Made by a program: the position numbers and the translations under genes. Of a DNA stretch of 64,000 bases, positions 48,730 to 63,019 are shown piece after piece. Under the pieces are notes generated by a model. It was not told the origin of the DNA, searched no databases, and worked only from the letters and a program-made list of their open reading frames with translations. Positions within the stretch are counted from its first letter, which is position 1. The number at the start of each line of letters is the position of its first letter. Origin of the DNA: Heterodontus francisci (taxonomy: Eukaryota); NCBI RefSeq assembly GCF_036365525.1, contig NC_090403.1, positions 34,481,461 through 34,545,460 of the forward strand. Direction: 5' to 3'.

Positions 48730-51295
48730 TTTTCTAAAACTTGCAGACAGACTGATGGGGAAAAACAAAGAAATTATTGGAGCTTGTAACAAAGGCAATG
48801 TAATAATTGTGGGGGATTTTAATCTTCATATAGACTGGGACAATGAAACTGGCAGGAGTGGTCTAGAAGATGAGTTTGTAGATGGTTTTCTGGACAGTTT
48901 CTTGGAGCAATACATTGTGGAACTAACTAGGGATAAAACTATATTAGATCTAGTATTGTGTAATGAAGCAGCGTTAATTAGCAATATCATAGTAAAAGAT
49001 CCACTGGGAAACAGTGATCATAGTACCATTGAATTCCATGTTAAGTTTGAAAGTGACATGCTCCAATCACAAAAATGAATATTAAAGCCAAGGCTAAGGT
49101 AAATTGGGTAAATAGACCAAAAGGTATGGCAGTAAATGAACAGTGGGAAACCTTTAAAGAAACAATTCAAAATGTTCAACAAAAATACATTCCTTTGAAA
49201 AACAAAAACTCAGCCAGAAAGACCCATCCATGGCTCACTCAGGAAGTTAAGGATAGTATTAGATGAAAAGAAAAGGCTTACAATGTTGCAAAAAAGAGTA
49301 GCAAGTCAAAGGATTTGGAGTGTTTTAGAAACCAGCAAACAGCCACCAAAAATAGATTTAAAAAAAGGAAAAAATGGAATATAAGAGTAAACTAACCAGT
49401 AATATAAAAACAGATTGTAAGAGCTTTTCTAGGTATATCAAAAGGAAGAGAGTAGCTAAAGTAATTGTTGGTCCCTTAGAAGCGGAGACAGGAGAAATTA
49501 TCATGGAAAATGTGAAAATGGCAGAGGGTCAAGTGGCCTGTCTGTGCCGTAAGCTTTCTATGATTCTGTGATTCATTGAACAAATATTTTGTGTCTGTCT
49601 TCACAGTAGAAGACACAAGAGCCATACGAAATAGACAGTAACCTATGGGCTAAAAAGAGTATAGAAATTAAGGAAATTCATATCAGCAGAGAAGTAGTAT
49701 TGGAGAAACTTAAGTGACTAAAATCTGACAAATCTCCAGGACCTGATGGCCTACACTCTAGGGTTCTATAATATGCAGATATAGTGGATGCGCTCGCTGT
49801 GATTTTTCCAAAATTCCTTAGATTCGGGAAAGGTCCCATCAGATTGGAAGTTAGCAAATGTTACACCACTTTTCAAGGAAGGAGGGAGAGAAAAAATGGG
49901 GAATTACAGATCAGTTAGCCTAACATCAGTCATTGGGAAAATGCTGGAATCTATTATTAAGGAAGTCTAACAATGCACTTAGAAAGCACAGTAAGATTAG
50001 AACAAGTCAACATGGTTTTACTAAAGGGAAATCCTTTTTGACAAATTTATTAGAGCTTTTTGAGGGTGTAACTAGTAGGGTAGATAAAGGGGAGCCAGTA
50101 AATGTAGTATACCTGGATTTCCAAAAGGCATTCAATAAGGTGCCACACAAAACGTTAATTGGCAAGATAAGGGCTCATGGAGTTGGGGGTAATATATTAG
50201 CATAGATAAATGATTGGTTAACAAACAGCAAGCAACATATGGGCATAAACGAGGCATTTTCAAGTTGGCAGGCAGTAAATAGTGAAGTGCCACAAGGATC
50301 GGTGCTGGGACCTCAGCTATTTACAATCTATATTAATGACTTAGATGAAGAGACAGAAAGTAATGTATCTAAGTTTGCTGATGATACAAAGGTAGGTGGA
50401 AAGGTAAGCTGTGGGGAGGACACAGGCTACAAAGAGATATAGACAGGTTAAGTGAGTGGCAATATGATGGCAGATGGAGTATAATGTAGGGAAGTGTGAA
50501 GTTTTGCACTTTGGTCGTAAGAATAGAAAGTCAGAATATTTATTAAAAGGTGTGAAACTTGTAAGTGCCGATGTTCAAAGAGACTTGGGTGTGCTTGTAC
50601 AAGGAACGCAGAAAGTTAACATGCACGTACAGCAAGCAATTAGGAAGGCAAATGTCATGTTGGCCTTTATTGCAAGGGGATTGGAGTATAGGAATAAGGA
50701 AGTATTGCTACAATTGTACAGGGTTTTGGTGAGACCACATCTGGAATACTATGTGCAGTTTTGGACTCTACATTTAAGAAAGAATATACTTGCATTGGAG
50801 GCAGTGCAGCAAAGGTTCACTAGATTGGTCCCTGGGATGAGGGGGTTGTCCTGTGATGAGACACTAAGTAAATTGGGCCTGTATTCTCTGGAGTTTAGAA
50901 GAATGAGTGAGAGGGTCATTGAAGCATATAAGATTCTAAAGGGGCTGGATAGGGTAGACACTGAGACGTTATTTCCGCTGGTCGGGGAATCTAGAATGCG
51001 GCGGCACAGTCTCAGGATAAGGGCCTGATCGTTTAAGACTGAAATGAGGAGGAATTACTTCACTCAAAGGGTTGTGAATCTTTGGAATTCTCTACCCCAG
51101 AGGGTTGTGGATGCTCCATCATTGAATACATTTAAGGCTGGGATAGACAGACCTTTGGTCTTTCAGGGAATCGAGGGATATGTGAGCGTGCAGGAAAGTG
51201 GAGTTGAATCCTAAGATCAGCTATGTTCGTTTTTAATGGCACTACAGGGTCGATGGGCCATATGGTTTACTCCTGCTCCTATTTCCTGTGTTCTT
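48730..51295 (+). mobile_element. CR1 LINE (endonuclease C-terminus to 3' tail), degenerate
   Basis: [64 protein letters not shown]; small second CR1 tail at ~49527-49571. Confidence 0.93.
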
Positions 51296-51560
51296 GTGGG
51301 ATAGTTTAATGATAGGCTCTAACGTTAACTTATTGAACCAAATTAAAGTATCTCACTCAAATGTATAAAGCTGGGTTGGTTGGTCTGTTGTCATAATCAG
51401 GAAGGATATGGATGAAGAGAGCCATCACCCTTCCACTTTCATCTTTGCCTGGCACTTCTGTAAAGATGTTATCTATCTGATTAAGTATATTACCTGTTTG
51501 TGACAATGTTATGTATGCTTTCTTGGTTACCCTCTTCCTCTTCCCCCCCCATCCCCCAAG

Positions 51561-51748
51561 CGTCCAGGGATGCCACCAGGAGCTCGCATGGGAATGCCAG
51601 GAATGCAGATGGGCATGCCCCCTGGCTCATCTTTCATGGGCAGCTCTGCCATGAGGCCAGGTATTCCGCAGCCAATGATGGACCCGTTTCGTAAACGTCT
51701 GCTTCCACAGCAGCAGCCTCCACAGTCAATGCAGAATCGTGGGAGAGG
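51561..51748 (+). CDS. SMARCD2: SMARCD2 exon 2
   Basis: RPGMPPGARM...MMDPFRKRLLPQQQPP...RG; ag acceptor and GG|gtaaga donor (phase 2). Confidence 0.95.
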
Positions 51749-54074
51749 GTAAGAAACTGGAAAGGAGGCCCAGGTCCCCTTATACAGAAAACAAAGCATG
51801 TATTCACTCCTTTCAGAGAGAACAGCCAAGTCAATGGAATGCTTTAAAAATTTATAACCTGGGGCTTCCCCAATGCATCTCCATTTATCCAGTGCGTGCA
51901 TGAGTCATATACACCAAGAAGGTTCCAGCTTCATTGCCACATCTATGCCAATCTGTCTAATCTCAGAATTGGCAGTAGTAGGGTGCTACAATTGGTCACA
52001 GCATCTCTAGGTTTTGGAGGAGAAAATTGGCCATGGTTTCCATTCTTGACTTATCCAGTGACTGCCACAGGATGTAAATGTGTAGCATGATGCCCTCTGT
52101 AGTTGAGTAGCCTGCTGACACTAATGTCGAGTTTATATATATATATATATATATTATGTATGAGTAAGAGCACATGGAAAAGGTACTGGGAAAGCAATCA
52201 GCACCTGTGGAACACTGCCCCAGCAAGGAGTCAGATCTATAAGAGAGGAGGGGACAAAATTGACAGAAAATTGGCAAGAAAAAAAGCATGTAATAAGTTC
52301 CTTACCAAATGTAGAAGTAAAGGTGTGGGTTACTTTAATTTACTTTTAAATGTATGGGATGTTGGCATAGAGGACATCATGGTTGAACCCAATCCTGCTA
52401 CTATTCTGACATCCAGACTTTCTACAAAGCCACATGGGAGAAATTTGCCTCACTGCTGTCTCCGCCTTGTGGACAGATATGATAGCTCAACATCCTGTGC
52501 CTCGCTCCTGAAATAGGGCTGGGCTGCAGGTGGGCTGGAATATGTGGCCGCAATGGAGTGTTAAGAGCGATGAAAATCCTAAATATAAACTTCCCAGATT
52601 TGCTAAGTCTGGAACATCGAGAAGACTGGCGAAAAAGAGTCTTCCCAGTGGCCATACCTAGCAAATCTGGCAGGTTTACAGTGCTGGAAACCTGTGCATT
52701 GGGAACCGATAGTACGATTGCCCCTTTAAGACCAGTATAAAAGCAACGACACTGGAATCCTGGTTCTCCTGCCCCTACCTCAGGACGCTGCCATTCTGTG
52801 AATACTGTTGATTATCACGGAACAGCAGAAAGCTTTGCCCTAGTGCCATTTGAACTTCTGCAGTTGGTGAGCTGACCCCTAACATGCTTTGCTCTAACGT
52901 TTGGAGGACCATAGACAAGATATCTCAATGGCAAACAGTTTTTGATAGAGTATTTCAACAAGAGCAGTAGCCTAGGATTCAAATATTGATCTTTCAATTT
53001 TGTCAGTGTGACCCACAATACCCTTTTGCCATTGTAGTAAATTGCCAGCATTATTATCTTTATTTTATGGTGAACAATACTTTACATCTCACCATTAGAC
53101 TGAACCCAGTAGGATGGTGCAGTCTGAATGGACATACTACAGTGTTTTAGATAACTCTTAACCCTTTCCCTGCTTGTCAGTTTTCAGTGTGGCTTTTCAT
53201 ATTCCTGCCTAAAACTTCGAATGAGTTGAATGTAGCTCCATTTCAGTGGAAGGCCAGAAAGTCAAAAGCCTTGTTTAAGGCTGGTGTGCATGATGTAAAA
53301 TTATTAATTAATTAGAAAATAAAATCAATTTTTTTTTTTGAAATCATCTGCAGCTGCTTCAGATATTGATGGCTATGTTCAGCTGCTCTCAGAAGGAAAA
53401 GATCAAATTGTACCCTAGATAGAAATGTAAAAGAGAAGGGATAGCTTCAGAGGACCACTGTTCAATAATTGTGTCTGTGCTGATCTCCAAGAGTGGCACA
53501 GGCTTGATGGGCAGACTGGCCTCCTATGCTGTAAAATTCTATCCACCTGGGATTGGAGGGGGGAGACAAATCAGGGAGGCTTCCTGCTCCTGATCACTGT
53601 CCAGTGACTCCAGGTGGAAAGTCTGGATGTCAAATGGGAACAGGATTGTCTGTGCCAAACATCCCATTAACATTTTCCATTCCTGGCCACCCATTCTGCC
53701 AAGAGCAGTAAATGGTTGGAATACTGTTCTACCAGAGCTCCATCCACTTTTTACCATGGCATAGTTTCCAACAGGCATAGTAGAGGGAGCCCAACCAAGC
53801 TTGCTGTACTTTACCATGGAGTTGCTTGATGGGGCAAAGGATAAAGTGAGCTTTAGTCTACAGATAATTACAAAATGAGCAAAGAATGCCATGTCCCTGA
53901 AAAGACATCTTGGTGTTGCACAGCCAAATACTCGATAAGAAAAAAAATGTTTTTAAAATACAGGAGAGTCATGTATAACAAGCATGAGTTCATATGTTCA
54001 GTTGATGTTTAAAAGGCATGAATTTAATGTTCAATCAGTATTGTTATCTAACAATGTCCCTTTGGTACCTGCAG

Positions 54075-54117
54075 TGTCAAAAGACGGAAGATGGCTGACA
54101 AAATTCTACCACAAAGG
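54075..54117 (+). CDS. SMARCD2: SMARCD2 exon 3 (followed by a GC donor)
   Basis: (G)VKRRKMADKILPQR; ctgcag acceptor; AGG|gcaagt donor keeps the frame. Confidence 0.93.
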
Positions 54118-55277
54118 GCAAGTGTTGGATAGTGCTTTTTTTTTAGATTTACTTACACAAGCTTGTCTTGGGTGCCAAACGGAGGGATCCTAGGTCATCC
54201 AATAGCAGCAAACTCTCCAGAAGGATGTTTTTTATGCCCCACACATCAGTTTACAATCTGTCTAATGGATGGCACTGCAGAAGGATGCTTCATGTGTCCA
54301 GATGCCATGCATTTGGCCAATAACCCACATGGGTAGTTCTGACACCCAGCACCCTTTTTGGTAACAATGATAACTACTTGCTATCACAATGCTACAATGC
54401 CAGCTGTCAGGTATCCTGGGGATATATTTTCTGCAATAGACTAATTTTAAGGAAAAACTAGAGCCAAATGTAAAGCGGAAAATCTTGTTTTCTATTTTTT
54501 TTCATTGAACTTAGCAAGTAATAGAAAATAAGCTCCTTTGTGGAACTAGCTTCTTAAAGAGATTACTTGTGTGGGCAAGTGCCTCATAACCATGGTCAGT
54601 TTTTTTCATTTGATCAGCACCTCTCTACAATAGAAGATTTTTGTTACTGAATCATCAACTAAGAGAAATAGTCTATCCCAATTTGCCTTATCAAAACCCT
54701 TCATAAATTTTAAAAACCTCTTAAGTCTACTGTTCACCACACTGCTTCGGTGGAAATAATCTCCAGTATCTCAAGTCTGTTCTAATAATGTAAGTTCTCA
54801 AATGTGTTATCATGCTGGGGACCCTAGACAGTACACTGGCTTTATTGTCCTTTCTACAATGGGGCACAAAAAACTGCACAGAATATACTAACTGTGGCCT
54901 AACTTGCCTTGTACTCTATGCTCCTACTTAAAAACCCTAAATGCTATTGACTTTTCAAGGAATAATGTCTTTGATCCCCAGACCTGTTAGCACCAGCATT
55001 TCTCTTTAGTGTATAGTTCAAAATATTCACTCCAAACGAATTTGAGGGAATAAGGTCTATAAATGTACTTCTGGATGTTCTTGAAATTTCAAGGGAATAT
55101 AATGCAAAAATTTCACACTTTCACTATTACATCTTACTGTAATCAGTGACAACACAGCAGAAAACATTAATAAACCAAACATTTCTAAGGCAACATCAGA
55201 AGGAAACTAGTTACTGTACAGTTGCTCTTGTTTCAGTCCAAAGCAGCCTTGATAGGTTGTTGCCTTTTAATTTTCAG

Positions 55278-55400
55278 ATCCGAGAACTTGTTCCCGAATC
55301 CCAAGCTTACATGGACCTCTTAGCCTTTGAGCGCAAACTGGATCAGACTATTATGAGGAAACGGCTAGAGATTCAAGAGTCTATGAAGAAACCCCTAATG
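55278..55400 (+). CDS. SMARCD2: SMARCD2 exon 4
   Basis: [41 protein letters not shown]; ttttcag / gt boundaries. Confidence 0.97.
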
Positions 55401-56049
55401 GTACAGCTCCTCAAAAAGCTCAATTTAATTACATTGTTTGGGAATTCTAATGTATTGTCCAATCAGAATTTAATAATCTCCAAAGTGTCATTCTTTCTTC
55501 TCACTTCTGCAGGGTCATTCTCCTTCATTGTGCAGCAGGAGTGTCTCACAACTGTTCGAGTGTTTAATGAAACAAGCCTCAAAGCAAAGGCCATATAATC
55601 AGAACATTAACAGAATGATATTTTTACTAGCTGTTTCACTGGTGTTCAGACTTTCTATCAGATTAAGAGGTTTCCAGAAAACACAACCAACCAATGCACC
55701 AGCGTAGCACCTCTGGTTGGGGAGGTCATTTTCTATCAAACATAAGGTTGTGAGTTCACGACTGGACTCTCTTCCACTTGTATTTGATCTCCTTTGAGTT
55801 CCATAGCTCCCCCTTGCTTCTGTCCATTACTTAAGTGATCAGGTCTGCAGACCTGCTGAATGCATGATGTGCAGTGTTCCACCTCAGGTGGAGGAAAAGG
55901 AGACTTCAGGTAATCACAAAATGGCTTAGCTGCAGCCATTTGGCCAAAAGCATTCTGCTGTCTTGACCAGAAGACACTGAATTGCAGCAGGTGGTCCAAC
56001 ATTCCTAGCTCAAGAATGAGGATTTATAGTTTGAGTTGGCCTTTCATAG

Positions 56050-57240
56050 TTTCAGACGGCCAATATCCACTATAAGTCCACTGGCTCCCATGGCTACCTT
56101 GACTACACTTCCTTCGAACCACTTTCTGTAAAGACTGTACTCCATTCTCCCAGTTTCTCTGTCTCCGTCACATCTGTTCTGACGATGCCACTTTCCATAC
56201 CAGTGCTTCCAATACGTCTTTGTTTTTCCTCAACCGAGGATCCCACTCCAATGTAGTTGACAAGGCCCTCACTGTGTCTGTCCCATTTCCTGCATTTCTG
56301 CTCTCACCCCTTCCTCTCCCTCTCAGAACCACAATAGGGTTCCCCTTGTCCTCACCTTCCACCCCATCAGCCTCCACATTCAACAGCTCACCCACCACCA
56401 TTTCCACATTTTAATCATTTCCACCACTTGCAATGTGATACCACCACTAAACACATCTTCCCCTCCCCTTTCAGCAATATGAAGAGACCATTCCCCCATT
56501 CCCTCCACGACACCCTGGCCCACTCCTTACTCACCCCCAATACCAGCTATCCTTCCCATGACACTTCCCATACAAGCACAGGAGATGCATCTTCTGCTCT
56601 TTTACCTCTTCCCTTCCAACTGTCCTTGGGCCCAAACACTCCTTCCAGATGAAACAATGTTTTACTTGTACTTCTTTTAATTTATTATAATATGTTTGCT
56701 GCTCACAATGTGGTTGCCTCTACACTGGGCAGACCATAAGCAGATTAGATGACTACGGAACACCTCCATTTAGTCCAGCGTGTGACCCTGAGCTTCCAGT
56801 CTCAAGTCATTTTAATTCTTTGCTGACTCCCACTCTGACCTCTCAGTCCTCAGCCTCCTACATTGTTCCAATGAAGCTCAATATAAACTCGAGGAACAGT
56901 ACCCCATCTTTCGATTAGGTGCTTTACATCCTTTCAGACTCAACATTGTCCCCTTATTTTGGACAGTAGCTGCTGGTAATGATTCTGCAATTCCCATTTA
57001 CACCTCCTCTAGGCCCATCTTTTGTTTCCTTACTTGTTCCATTGCCATCCCTTTTTGTCTTGCTTTATCATCATCCCTTTTGTCATTTAAGCTTTCCTGC
57101 TTTCCATGCTATGACAGACCTTCACTTTTGTTCTTTCCTCCCCTCTTTCCCTGTCTCTGTACTTGCTTAAAACCTGTTGCATCTTTAACATTTTCCAGCT
57201 AAGATGAAAGGTCACCAACTTGCAAATGTTTAATCTCACA
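56050..57240 (+). mobile_element. Degenerate Penelope-like element
   Basis: Same RT-thumb/GIY-YIG sequence as 24881-26397 in the opposite orientation, many lesions; decayed hammerhead near 57197-57235. Confidence 0.85.
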
Positions 57241-57251
57241 AAGATCACACG

Positions 57252-57609
57252 TTTTTTTTTTTAGATTAGAGATACAGCACTGAAACAGGCCCTTCGGCCC
57301 ACCGAGTCTGTGCCGACCATCAACCACCCATTTATACTAATCCTACACTAATCCCATATTCCTACCAAACATCCCCACCTGCCCCTGTATTTCCCTACCA
57401 CCTACCTATACTAGTGACAATTTATAATGGCCAATTTACCTACCAACCTGCAAGTCTTTTGGCTTGTGGGAGGAAACCGGAGCACCCGGAGAAAACCCAC
57501 GCAGACACAGGGAGAACTTGCAAACTCCACACAGGCAGTACCCAGAATCGAACCCAGGTCCCTGGAGCTGTGAGGCTGCGGTGCTAACCACTGCGCCACT
57601 GTGCCGCCC
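57252..57609 (-). mobile_element. V-SINE (HE1-like)
   Basis: Near-identical reverse complement of 10690-11039, with the complete 5' head gggcggcacagtggcgcagtgg. Confidence 0.92.
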
Positions 57610-57703
57610 AGTTGTTCGGAGGATTAACAGATGGCCTGACTATTATTTGCAGATGTCCCACATTGAAAAGTTTCTGAGACAGTCAGTATTTTCTTCATTT
57701 CAG

Positions 57704-57823
57704 CAAAAGCGCAAACTAAGGATTTACATCTCCAACACCTTCACTCCAGCCAAGCCCGAGGGTGACGAAGGAGATACTGTTGCATCATGGGAGCTTCGGG
57801 TGGAAGGAAAGCTACTTGATGAT
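57704..57823 (+). CDS. SMARCD2: SMARCD2 exon 5
   Basis: [40 protein letters not shown]; cag / gtaagt. Confidence 0.97.
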
Positions 57824-58767
57824 GTAAGTGGGATTTAGACTGTCCTGCACTGGGTACCTGTACTAAATGATGGTGTAAAATATGTCAACAGCAGAGATTG
57901 TTTTTTTTGTGGTACGGCAAGTGCAATCACAATGACATACCATCTGCTTGTTTTTAATAAATACCAGGAGCAGTATTTTTTTGAACAAGTAACTGAGAAT
58001 GAAGCTATTGGAGGGGCTTGTACAATAGAACTCTTAAGTGAACGCTACAAGTATACATAATGTTTTTTCCTAAAAAAAAAAGCATAACTTATACTAAGAG
58101 GATAGTGGATGCTTGGCATTGGGTCACAATGAGTGTATTGACTGTCCAGCAGAGGGTTATAAGACTTCATTCCAGTTGAGAGATTATGTTGAAATCATAA
58201 ATTGTAAGTCTGAAACTAGCAATTACCAGAACCTCAAAACCAAACCACAACCAGACATATGTTGGTCTTTACCATATAATGTAGAGTTTATTTTCATAGA
58301 TTTAGAAACTGCACCTTCTATATTTTGTAAAGCCATCTGAAGGTGGAACACCTGTATATATTTGACATAAATGACCCAATTCAATTTGTATAACATCTCA
58401 CAGTATAGAGTTGTTACAACACTAAGATAAACGGAGTATATAAATAACGTGGTGGAGCTGGGCATAGGGATGCAGTGTACTAGTGTACAAAGCTGCAAGG
58501 GCATGGTAATTACATCCAAGATATTTGGTGTAGTGAGTTCCTGATCTTGGCTGTGCTGCCAGAGCAAGGCATGGAGCACAATCTCAGCAAGATAGAGAAA
58601 ATGAACGACTGAGCCACAGAAATCCCCTTAGTGGCAGGTTTCTTGAGTAGTGTTGGCTGACGTTTAGGAGTAGATTACATTCTGCCATGGCAATATGCCC
58701 ATTTCTAAACAGGGGTGCATTAACCAGGTAACTGAAATGTGCTGATTCTGTCATTTCCCTTTTCCAG

Positions 58768-58863
58768 CCTGGAAAAGTGAAAAGGAAATTCTCATCCTTT
58801 TTCAAGAGTTTGGTTATCGAATTGGACAAAGATCTATATGGACCAGACAATCACTTGGTGGAG
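58768..58863 (+). CDS. SMARCD2: SMARCD2 exon 6
   Basis: [32 protein letters not shown]; ccag / gtatga. Confidence 0.97.
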
Positions 58864-59899
58864 GTATGATCAGCTGCTCGGCAACAACTGGGTTAAATAA
58901 CAAGACGGGTCCACTGTGCTATTTCCTCCCCCCTCGCTTCACAGGAAGCACTAATTCTGTTAATCAGGAAATTTTCACTGTCAGAAATAACAGTGGGATA
59001 TTTGTGTCGGACCAGGCCACCGCAAATTTAAAATTACTGCTTTAACATCCATACACATAACATGTAGAGTAATACATCACAACAATCAATACAGAAACAT
59101 AGGATAATGCTGTCACTACACAGCCAGATAAGCCAGTTATACAGCAGGAGGCATACATAAGACGACTGCTACTCCTTCACTATTGCTCAATCATTCACTG
59201 TATGCATTTTCCTTACCCGTGTCTTAAATATCAGTCATCGTGACACATTGTGTAAAGTCCCCTGTTTGTTGGCTTTCACCAGATTTGTTTTACCCTGTAT
59301 AAAGCTAATCTGATCGCTCTGTACAAGGTGTGAATGTGTTTGACAGCTGCTACTACGTGTATGATAGTGACTCCCATCTGTTCCTATTGTGGGAGGTGAG
59401 AAATGCTGTGTGTTTTTGCGACTGCCTCCCTGCTTTTTTCCTCAGAGGAATTAAATGACTGTTAGCAAAATTAATACTGCGCAAAAGGGCTGGCAGCCCA
59501 GACTGTGCAAAATATTCCCTTTGTTAATATTTGTTGATCTATATTATGTTCCAAACCCTAAAATGGATTATGATAGCAACCCTGCAGCTTTCAGTATGGC
59601 TAACTTATGTTTGCTCAGCAGAAGGATTTGGGCTGCTGAGTAACATGTATAGACACAGGCCTCAGTGTAGATATATAGAGGGGAAGAAAAGATTATCAAC
59701 TAACACCAGCACTGAAACCATTAATGGACACAATTTCAAGGTGATGTTTCCAAGCTTTGCTACTCCTTCTTAGTGGGTGAATTCAATATTATCTTCACAC
59801 AAGGAAAACTCCTATTGCATGGTATTGCCCCAGTGCATCAATGTTATTACCCAGGTAAAAGTACATCGTTAAAACACTATTTAAATGTTCAACTGAAAA

Positions 59900-60305
59900 A
59901 GATTATGCTGTGTGGACCAATCCTCCAGTGCCTCAGATTTAATACTATCATATTTGTGTTTAAACCCTTTCTTGGCCTCAACCCTCACTTTCTCTGTAAC
60001 CACCTCCGGTCCTGAAACCACCCCACAAAGTTTGATGCTGGCATCCCTCACCCTTTGCCTCACCATTGACAACTGGGCCATCAGCCAATTAGGCCCTACT
60101 CTCTGGAATTCTTTCCCTAAATCCTTTCTTCCCTCCATCTCCTTTTCGCTTCCTTTATGACCCTCCATCAAATTCACATCATTGACCAACCTTTTGTTCA
60201 TCCATTCTAATCTCCGCTTCCTTGCCTTAATGTCTGTTTCTTGACTTCCGCCTCTAAGAAGGACCTCAGGAGGTTTTTCTTTGTTAATGGTACTATTGCA
60301 AGTTG
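59900..60305 (+). mobile_element. Old L2 3' fragment
   Basis: ggccctactctctggaattctttccctaa...ttgaccaaccttttg, similar to the other L2 tails. Confidence 0.6.
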
Positions 60306-60565
60306 TGTTTGTTACAGGATTATTAAATGCAATCTGCTACATTTTGAGTAAATTCCTCTCCAGCCACTGACCACACTAATTAGACTGGCTGTAGGAAAGC
60401 CAGAGGTGCCATTGGTGAGTGTCCCAGAGGCAGCGTAAACAGAGGCCTGAGAGATGGTCCCTTGCCAACTCAAGTGTAAATAGTTACAGGAGAAAAAAAT
60501 GGTAGGGGTTTAAAAAAATTCTGTGGCATTTGTGTTACTTGACTTGTAACTGATGTGGATTACAG

Positions 60566-60667
60566 TGGCATAGGATGCCCACTACTCAGGAGACTGACGG
60601 CTTTCAGGTGAAAAGACCAGGAGACGTGAATGTGAAATGTACCCTGCTTTTGATGCTGGACCACCAG
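60566..60667 (+). CDS. SMARCD2: SMARCD2 exon 7
   Basis: [34 protein letters not shown] (HRMPT and LDHQ are SMARCD2-type residues). Confidence 0.97.
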
Positions 60668-60992
60668 GTAGGAATTTCTTGATTCATTGGATTCACCAAT
60701 GAAGCAGAAGTAAAAGCTGCTTCATGCAGTAAGTGCTAATGTCTCTGGTTTCTTAAGCAGTTAATTTTTTAAGATTCATTTTTGGGATGTGGCAAAGCTG
60801 CATTTATTGCCCCTCCCTATTTACTTTGAGAAGGTGGCGGTGGACCTTCTTGAGCCACTACAGTCCAGAGGTCAAAGTCGCTCCAATAACTTCATACTTC
60901 ATAGTGGTTTGATACAATTGAGTGTCTTGCTATGTCATTTCAGAAGACAGTTAAGAGGCAGTTGTGTTGATGTGGGACTAGAGTCACACATA

Positions 60993-61573
60993 GGGCTGGA
61001 TTTTGTTTCTCAATTGGCCTCTGGGCGGGAAGGCCAGCGTCGGCCTATCCCGCCCCCGGGAAGATCAAGTAGGGCAGTACCGACCTCGGGTTCCATGGCG
61101 TGGTGGGGTGGGGTGCAGTTGGTGCCGGGGAATCAGAGCAGCAGTGGATGGGAACCACTGTGCCCCCCGGGAGCCCCCTCCCCAGACCAAACACTCACCC
61201 CCTCACCCCCCCCTCACTCCCTCACCCCCCCCTCACTGAGGCCTTCCAGACCGGCCCCAGCAACCCCACCTCACTTACCTCAGATCCGAGGTTCCAGCGC
61301 TGGGCCTGTGTCCGAGGCCTCTGCAGTACCGGTAGTGGTCACTGCTCCTGGTGGCACTGCTGATACCGTTGAGCTGTCAGCCCTGTGATTGGCCAGCAGC
61401 TTGGGGCGGGATCCCCATCCCGATTAAGTGTTTAAAGGGATGAGGATCCTGCCTCCTTAAACTTTGACCCCAAAAGATTAGAGATTTACTCAGAAAAAAT
61501 GCAAAGGTGGGGAACCACCCATGTCTTTTCGGCCTGGCGCTGGGAGCCCTGCCTCCGTCATAAAATCCAGCCC
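60993..61573. mobile_element. PIF/Harbinger-type MITE inserted in a LINE 3' fragment
   Basis: Perfect 12-bp inverted termini GGGCTGGATTTT / AAAATCCAGCCC and 3-bp target duplication ATA. Confidence 0.85.
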
Positions 61574-62376
61574 ATAGTCTAGATTGGGTAAGACAGAAGA
61601 TTCCCTCCCCCCTAAATGACATTACTGAACCAGTTGGGCTTTTATGACAATCCAACAGCTTCATGGTCACTTTACACTTGTCTTAGCTTTTTATTTCCAG
61701 ATTATTAAAACTGAATTCAAATTCTCAATCTGGTAGGATTTGAGCTCATCTACTCTCGCTTACTAATCCAGTAATGTAACCACTGCAGCACCATACCCAA
61801 TTTAACCAAAAAAATTGTGATATTAATAGACTGACTCGCAAGTACCTGCACTCGTGTTGATTGGAGGCAAGTATCTTAAAATTCGCTATTGTGTAATAAG
61901 CTAAAAATAGCCAATGCTCACAGCAGATAAATAGTTCAGTCCATTTCTGTAAGAAGGCTGCAAAGTGGAAATTAGTGTAGAATTGATTCTAAAAGCTCGG
62001 AAACACAGCTGGAGCACTAAGTCATTTTAGTTTGGAGGATGACAAAAATACCATTGGTTACAAAGCTGTAAGATAATTAAGGAAATCCAATAGCATCGCT
62101 TACTATGAGAATATTCCAGCCATCTCTGCAGTGAACAGAGCTGTTCAATCCTGTTACGTTTGTAGCCCTCCCCCCACTGTAGTGTGGAACATATTTGTTT
62201 TCTGGCAAGAGCTTTTCATTGTTCTGGCTCTTCAGTGACAGCCTTGTCAAGGTGGTGGCAGTTTTACTTCATGTGATTTTCTGCTACAACGGACAGGAAA
62301 TGCCTGTAATAGAACTGTGTGAAACTGAACAAAATGTGCAGCCTATGATCACAAGTAATCTTGTCTTCCACTTCAG

Positions 62377-62538
62377 CCCCCACAGTATAAACTGGATGCC
62401 CGGTTGGCTCGTTTGCTGGGTGTCCACACTCAGACAAGGGCTAACATCATGCAGGCACTGTGGCTATACATCAAGAAGAACAAGCTGCAGGATAGCCATG
62501 AAAAGGAATACATCAATTGCAATCGCTACTTTAAGCAG
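62377..62538 (+). CDS. SMARCD2: SMARCD2 exon 8 (SWIB domain start); gene continues beyond the window
   Basis: [54 protein letters not shown]; cag / gtaaga. Confidence 0.97.
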
Positions 62539-63019
62539 GTAAGAAACACTTCACTCCAACAGAGAGCCAGAGTTCTTATTTGCAATATATATGCATAAGT
62601 GCAGCCCATGATTGCTCATGGAGTGAGTTCCTCATCTCAGTAATTAGGAGACAGCTGATGAGAGAGCACAGGCAATTTCCCCAAGAGGGAAAGAAAATCA
62701 AAAATTGATGTTTTAAATCTGATAGATGGCAGTTCAGGTGGCATGGATAGAAGCTTGGAAGGATTTTGTCCACTTATGGGGCGCAGTCAATTCAGTCATT
62801 AGAGCATAGTGTAAGCCAACCTGAAACATTAAGGAAATACACAAACAAAAGCAATTGGAGGTTCAGAGTATTCCATAGCATTGACCCAATTGCTAGTGTT
62901 TCACAGTTTACTGATAGAATAACAGAATGCTTTTGTTCCTGTGTGCATATATGCTGAAGTCCAATCCTTCTCAGGAATCGTATCTGAAGCAGATGCGTCC
63001 AACCTGCTGCCTTGGGGCC

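Noticed and set aside
52134-52154. (TA)n tract
   Set aside because: Ordinary microsatellite.
59270-59420. Possible intronic hairpin ncRNA (cagattt...aatctg)
   Set aside because: Short imperfect stems, and no snoRNA boxes or miRNA I can recognise.
60789-61388. 199-aa Pro-rich ORF
   Set aside because: Spans a LINE fragment and a GC-rich MITE; a chance ORF.
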